Positions 34,261 to 37,878 of a stretch of DNA of 37,878 nucleotides are shown one piece after another. This DNA is from Octopus bimaculoides (lineage: Eukaryota), in NCBI RefSeq assembly GCF_001194135.2, contig NC_068990.1, forward strand, positions 92,115,834 through 92,153,711, given 5' to 3'. The notes beneath the pieces were generated by a model. The model was not told the origin of the DNA and did no database searches. It saw only the letters and a list, made by a program, of their open reading frames with translations. Position 1 is the first letter of the stretch; each line of letters starts with the position of its first letter. A program made the position numbers and the translations under genes.

Positions 34261-34461
34261 CTCTTCCTCTGCCTTTTCCAACATATTCATGGCCCTCATG
34301 TTGATGTTGTGACCCAACTTGCCCTTAATTTCCTGTAACTTCTGAATACGTTGTTCGGCAACCACAGGATCGTTAACAGTGAAATCATAGGCTGTGTTCG
34401 GTTTGCCAAAGAACTTTTTCTCATCAACAATCCACTCATGTTTTTTCAGCCAGTTTTCAAC
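34261..34461 (-). CDS. SMC2: SMC2 exon
   Basis: VENWLKKHEWIVDEKKFFGKPNTAYDFTVNDPVVAEQRIQKLQEIKGKLGHNINMRAMNMLEKAEEE. The WI.....FG.PN.AYDF and N.NMRAM motifs are SMC2-specific. Confidence 0.95.
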
Positions 34462-35009
34462 CTGATTAATAAAGACATTTATATGAACAGTTAATTATTG
34501 ATGTTTACATTGGGATAAACAAGAAATTATTTTTTTCAGAAGGAAAAACAAGTATAATTGACTTAGCTATTCGCAGTGTATAACTGGTATAGACTTTGAC
34601 ATAGTAACAAAACACAGAGAAATAACTGTAGTGAAAATATATTGATTCTTGCTGTTCCCCAACCATTTGATGATTTATTACGAGACATTATCAGCAGAGA
34701 CCAGTAAACAGTAGAAAATTAAGACCACTGGCTCTTGTTAGACACATTGGTCTTGGGGTGTTTCTGGTTGATGAAACACAACAATGTTGAAACACCACAT
34801 GTCCAGAATCCCTTGCACTAAGAGATCAAGTGTGTTATGAACATATATTCATCATAAAGGAAAAGCTTTTCTTCTATGATGAAACACAACAGCAACAACA
34901 ATATTCACATCTGAATATTAGAAATTAATATGCAAGTCATCATTATAAATATATTCCTTGGCTGACCAAAGTCTCTCAAAACTGTTAAAACAACAACTGA
35001 ACGATTTAC

Positions 35010-35204
35010 CTGTGATGTTGTATCTTTAGATTCCTTTTGCAACTTGCTACGCTTATGTTCCAATTCCTGATTCTCCAAGTCAATTTTTTTGGCTTTCTCC
35101 TGAAAAGCTTTTAGAATTTTGGTAGCATTCCGGATCTCTGTGTTGCAAGCGTTCAATAACTCCTTCTGTTTGTTCACATTGTCCTGTGCCTCTTTTACAG
35201 TGGC
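35010..35204 (-). CDS. SMC2: SMC2 exon (coiled coil)
   Basis: ATVKEAQDNVNKQKELLNACNTEIRNATKILKAFQEKAKKIDLENQELEHKRSKLQKESKDTTSQ. AG/GTAAAT. Confidence 0.9.
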
Positions 35205-35339
35205 CTGTCATAAAAGCAAAACAAACATCTCAGTCTTAGTTCTGTTGATCGATACACACACACACACACACACATTACTGTGCATGGGTATATAAGTATT
35301 AGAGTGTACATCTCAGTATGTGTGTATATTGTAAAGTGG

Positions 35340-35582
35340 CTGGCATTTGGAAGGGCATCCAGCTGTAGAAACTGTGCCAAAATTGGCCTCACCTGTTCTG
35401 GTGCCGTGTAAAAAGCACTCAAACCCAATCTGTTGGGTGTTTGGAGTTAGGAAAGGCATCCAGCCATAAAAACCGTGCTGAAACAGACACAGAGGTATGG
35501 TGCAGTCTTCTACCCAGCCAGCTCCTGTCAAACCGTCCAACCCATGCCAGCATGGAAGGTGTATGTTAAACAATGATGATGA
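35340..35582 (+). mobile_element. Diverged RTE 3'-end copy or RTE-tailed SINE in an SMC2 intron
   Basis: ggaagggcatccagctgtagaaac (present twice), then caaaccgtccaacccatgccagcatggaa...gttaaacaatgatgatga. Confidence 0.7.
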
Positions 35583-35859
35583 GTATATACACATTAGAGT
35601 CTACATGTCGGTGTGTGTGTGAATGTATACATAGTGTGTGGTTAGTGAGTGAGCATGTGTGTGTATGAATATTTACATACCCCCTCCCCACCAATGTATT
35701 CCTTTTCTTTCTCACTACCATTAGCACCATCATTAGGGACCAAAAAAAAAAAAAGGACCCCTTTGGTCATGAATGACCATGAGGTTGTACCTAGGAAGTT
35801 CTCCTCTCAGGAGCAAGTCTGAGCAAAGTTGTTTATGGAAGACCAGCAGTCAGCCTCTC

Positions 35860-36065
35860 CTCTCCACGCCACCGATGTTGCCCAAGGCAAAGGGGCCGAC
35901 ACAGCTTGGCACCAGTGATGTCGCAACTCATTTCTACAGATGAGTGAACTGGAGCAACGCGAAATAAAAAACCTTGCTCAAGAACACAACACACAGCCTG
36001 GTCCAGGAATCGAACTCACTATCTCATTATTGTGAGCCTGACACTCCAACCAGTGAACCAGGTGC
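35860..36065 (-). mobile_element. tRNA-derived SINE family 3
   Basis: B-box-like ggaatcgaactc and ctggagcaacgcgaaataaaa...ttgctcaagaacacaac. A related copy lies at about 19900-20095. Confidence 0.6.
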
Positions 36066-36529
36066 CTTCAGCACCCAATTTAATAGACAGCAATAATTTT
36101 CTCTTTATATGAATTGTGATTGATACAACCAAGGTATGAGAGCAGAATTCATCATCATCTCATGTCAACTCTTCCATGCTTGCATGGGTCAGATGGAATT
36201 TATTGAAGTAGATTTTTCCATAGCCAAAGGTCCTTTCTGCCATCAATCCTCACCTATTTCAAAGCAAGCTAATATTTCCTCATGAACCAGAGATATTTTC
36301 TATGGATGACAGGAAACCGAACAACATTGCTTGTACCACACTGATGTTCATTCACAACCATCTTATGATATTAATACAAGGGTACGCACAAACACACATA
36401 CAATGGGCTTCATTCAGTTTCTATCTACCAAATGCACTCATGAGACGCAAGGTGTCATCCAGTGAGTCAGAACCTGAAACCACATGGTTAAGAAGCTCTG
36501 CAAGGCTATTTTAGTTTAATATATCTTAC

Positions 36530-36673
36530 CTCGCATACAGTTAATTTCTCTTCAATTTCTTTCAGCTCGGAACTGTAAGTGTCCAAAACTGTGGCAACAC
36601 TTTTAAGTTGTTCTTCGTACGAAGTCACTTCCTTCTGCAGCTCCACAATCTCAAGTTTCACAGTGTCAATATG
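36530..36673 (-). CDS. SMC2: SMC2 exon (coiled coil)
   Basis: HIDTVKLEIVELQKEVTSYEEQLKSVATVLDTYSSELKEIEEKLTVCE. AG/GTAAGA, phases 0/0. Confidence 0.9.
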
Positions 36674-37185
36674 CTACAATAATAATAATAATAAAATAGA
36701 AAGACCTGGAAATATAGGTAACTCGAATATGGAGTCTAAAAACAGAAGCAATTCTTATCATAAAAGGCACATTAAGTAGAATAAAAAAAAATATTCAGAC
36801 AAATACATAACAAAAACACCAGGACTAACAAGTAGATATCACATACAGAAAATAGCACCACTAGGCACTGCACACATCCTATGTAAAACACTTTCAATAC
36901 AGTAACAATACGAGCCTCATAACAAACCACAGCACAGACCCAAGACACACAGAGCTGCGTTCAGTAGTGCAGTGAGAGCACGTGATAAAAATAAGACTAC
37001 TGAATAATAATAGTAATAATAATTATAATTTCAGAATTTCGTCACAAGGGCAGCTTGGTGGAGGTGTATTTTAACAGAAATGACAACAAAAAAATGAAAA
37101 GGTTATGAGCAATGTGCCTTTCGACCTCAACTGCACAAACAACAACAACACAGAATTTTTTAAAAATTAAGAGGAAAACACCAAC

Positions 37186-37379
37186 CTGTTGCTTTTCCTT
37201 CATCAATTTATTGGACTCTTGCATTTGTTTCTGGATTTTGTTAAGGTTAGCTTCGGCTTGCTTTAATTCATTTTCTCGGATTTTATCAGCATTCTTGATT
37301 TTAAATTCAAGATCTTGCTCTTTTTGTTTGGCTTTCTTGTTTACTTCTCCAGCAGTTTGGACAATGGCTTTCTGTTCCT
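37186..37379 (-). CDS. SMC2: SMC2 internal exon (C-terminal coiled coil); earlier exons lie beyond the right edge
   Basis: EQKAIVQTAGEVNKKAKQKEQDLEFKIKNADKIRENELKQAEANLNKIQKQMQESNKLMKEKQQ aligns by eye to the SMC2 KNA...RERELK...KKMKEKQQ segment. Confidence 0.9.
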
Positions 37380-37878
37380 CTAAAATCAATAACCAGTCAA
37401 TCAATCAATCTCTGATCATGTCTGTTTCTACTGGGACAAGCCAAGCTGTCCTCAGATTCAGAATGCAAATTATGTGGCCTCCCCATTTTAAAGACAATAT
37501 CCTTATCATTTAGTGCCTTCTCGCTGACGTACTACGACGAAATACCCAAGATGCAGATAAGATAGAGATTTTTATTTATTTACGGCCTCAAACATCTCAA
37601 TACCTTGCGCTTTAGTTTTTTGTCCCTTATTATTTATCTTGTTTCTCTCCATGAAATTCAATTGAATCCAGTTGTTGTCTTAAATTCATGCTTATTCATT
37701 TTCTAAGCTTCCTAAATTCATGCTACGTTATATTCTAATCACCCAGAATTCATTGCTCTTTTAAAAAATTACGATTTATGCATTGTTGTCTCTCAAATAT
37801 TTAAAATCTACAATTAAGAGCCCTCTCTACTCGCTGGCGGTACCTACCCACCACCACTACCCATTTTCCTTTATTCAA

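Overview
AT-rich, microsatellite-dense animal DNA with four N gaps (4763-5471, 14961-15773, 17268-17832, 22052-22920). The repeat content suggests an octopus or other coleoid cephalopod (inference). Three spliced genes were rebuilt by hand, all with GT-AG introns and consistent phases. (1) Minus strand, 18686 to 1357: twelve exons encoding the first 552 aa of a divergent secreted large lipid transfer protein (vitellogenin/apolipophorin/MTP-type N-terminal module), with a TATA box; it continues beyond the left edge. (2) Plus strand, 27414-28514: a three-exon gene for a 114-aa secreted six-cysteine protein, probably DUF4787 family. (3) Minus strand, 37379 to 30430: the last eight coding exons of SMC2. 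The rest is retroposons and DNA transposon remnants: two near-identical young RTE LINE copies with a PHD finger, R4-like and HERO-like LINE relics, a Tc1/mariner relic, TTAA- and hAT-type MITEs, and several tRNA-SINE families. The most unusual signal is a tRNA-headed short retroposon, in three copies, carrying a minimal hammerhead-ribozyme core and Penelope-like inverted ends. Most ORFs in the supplied track are artefacts of microsatellites and N gaps.
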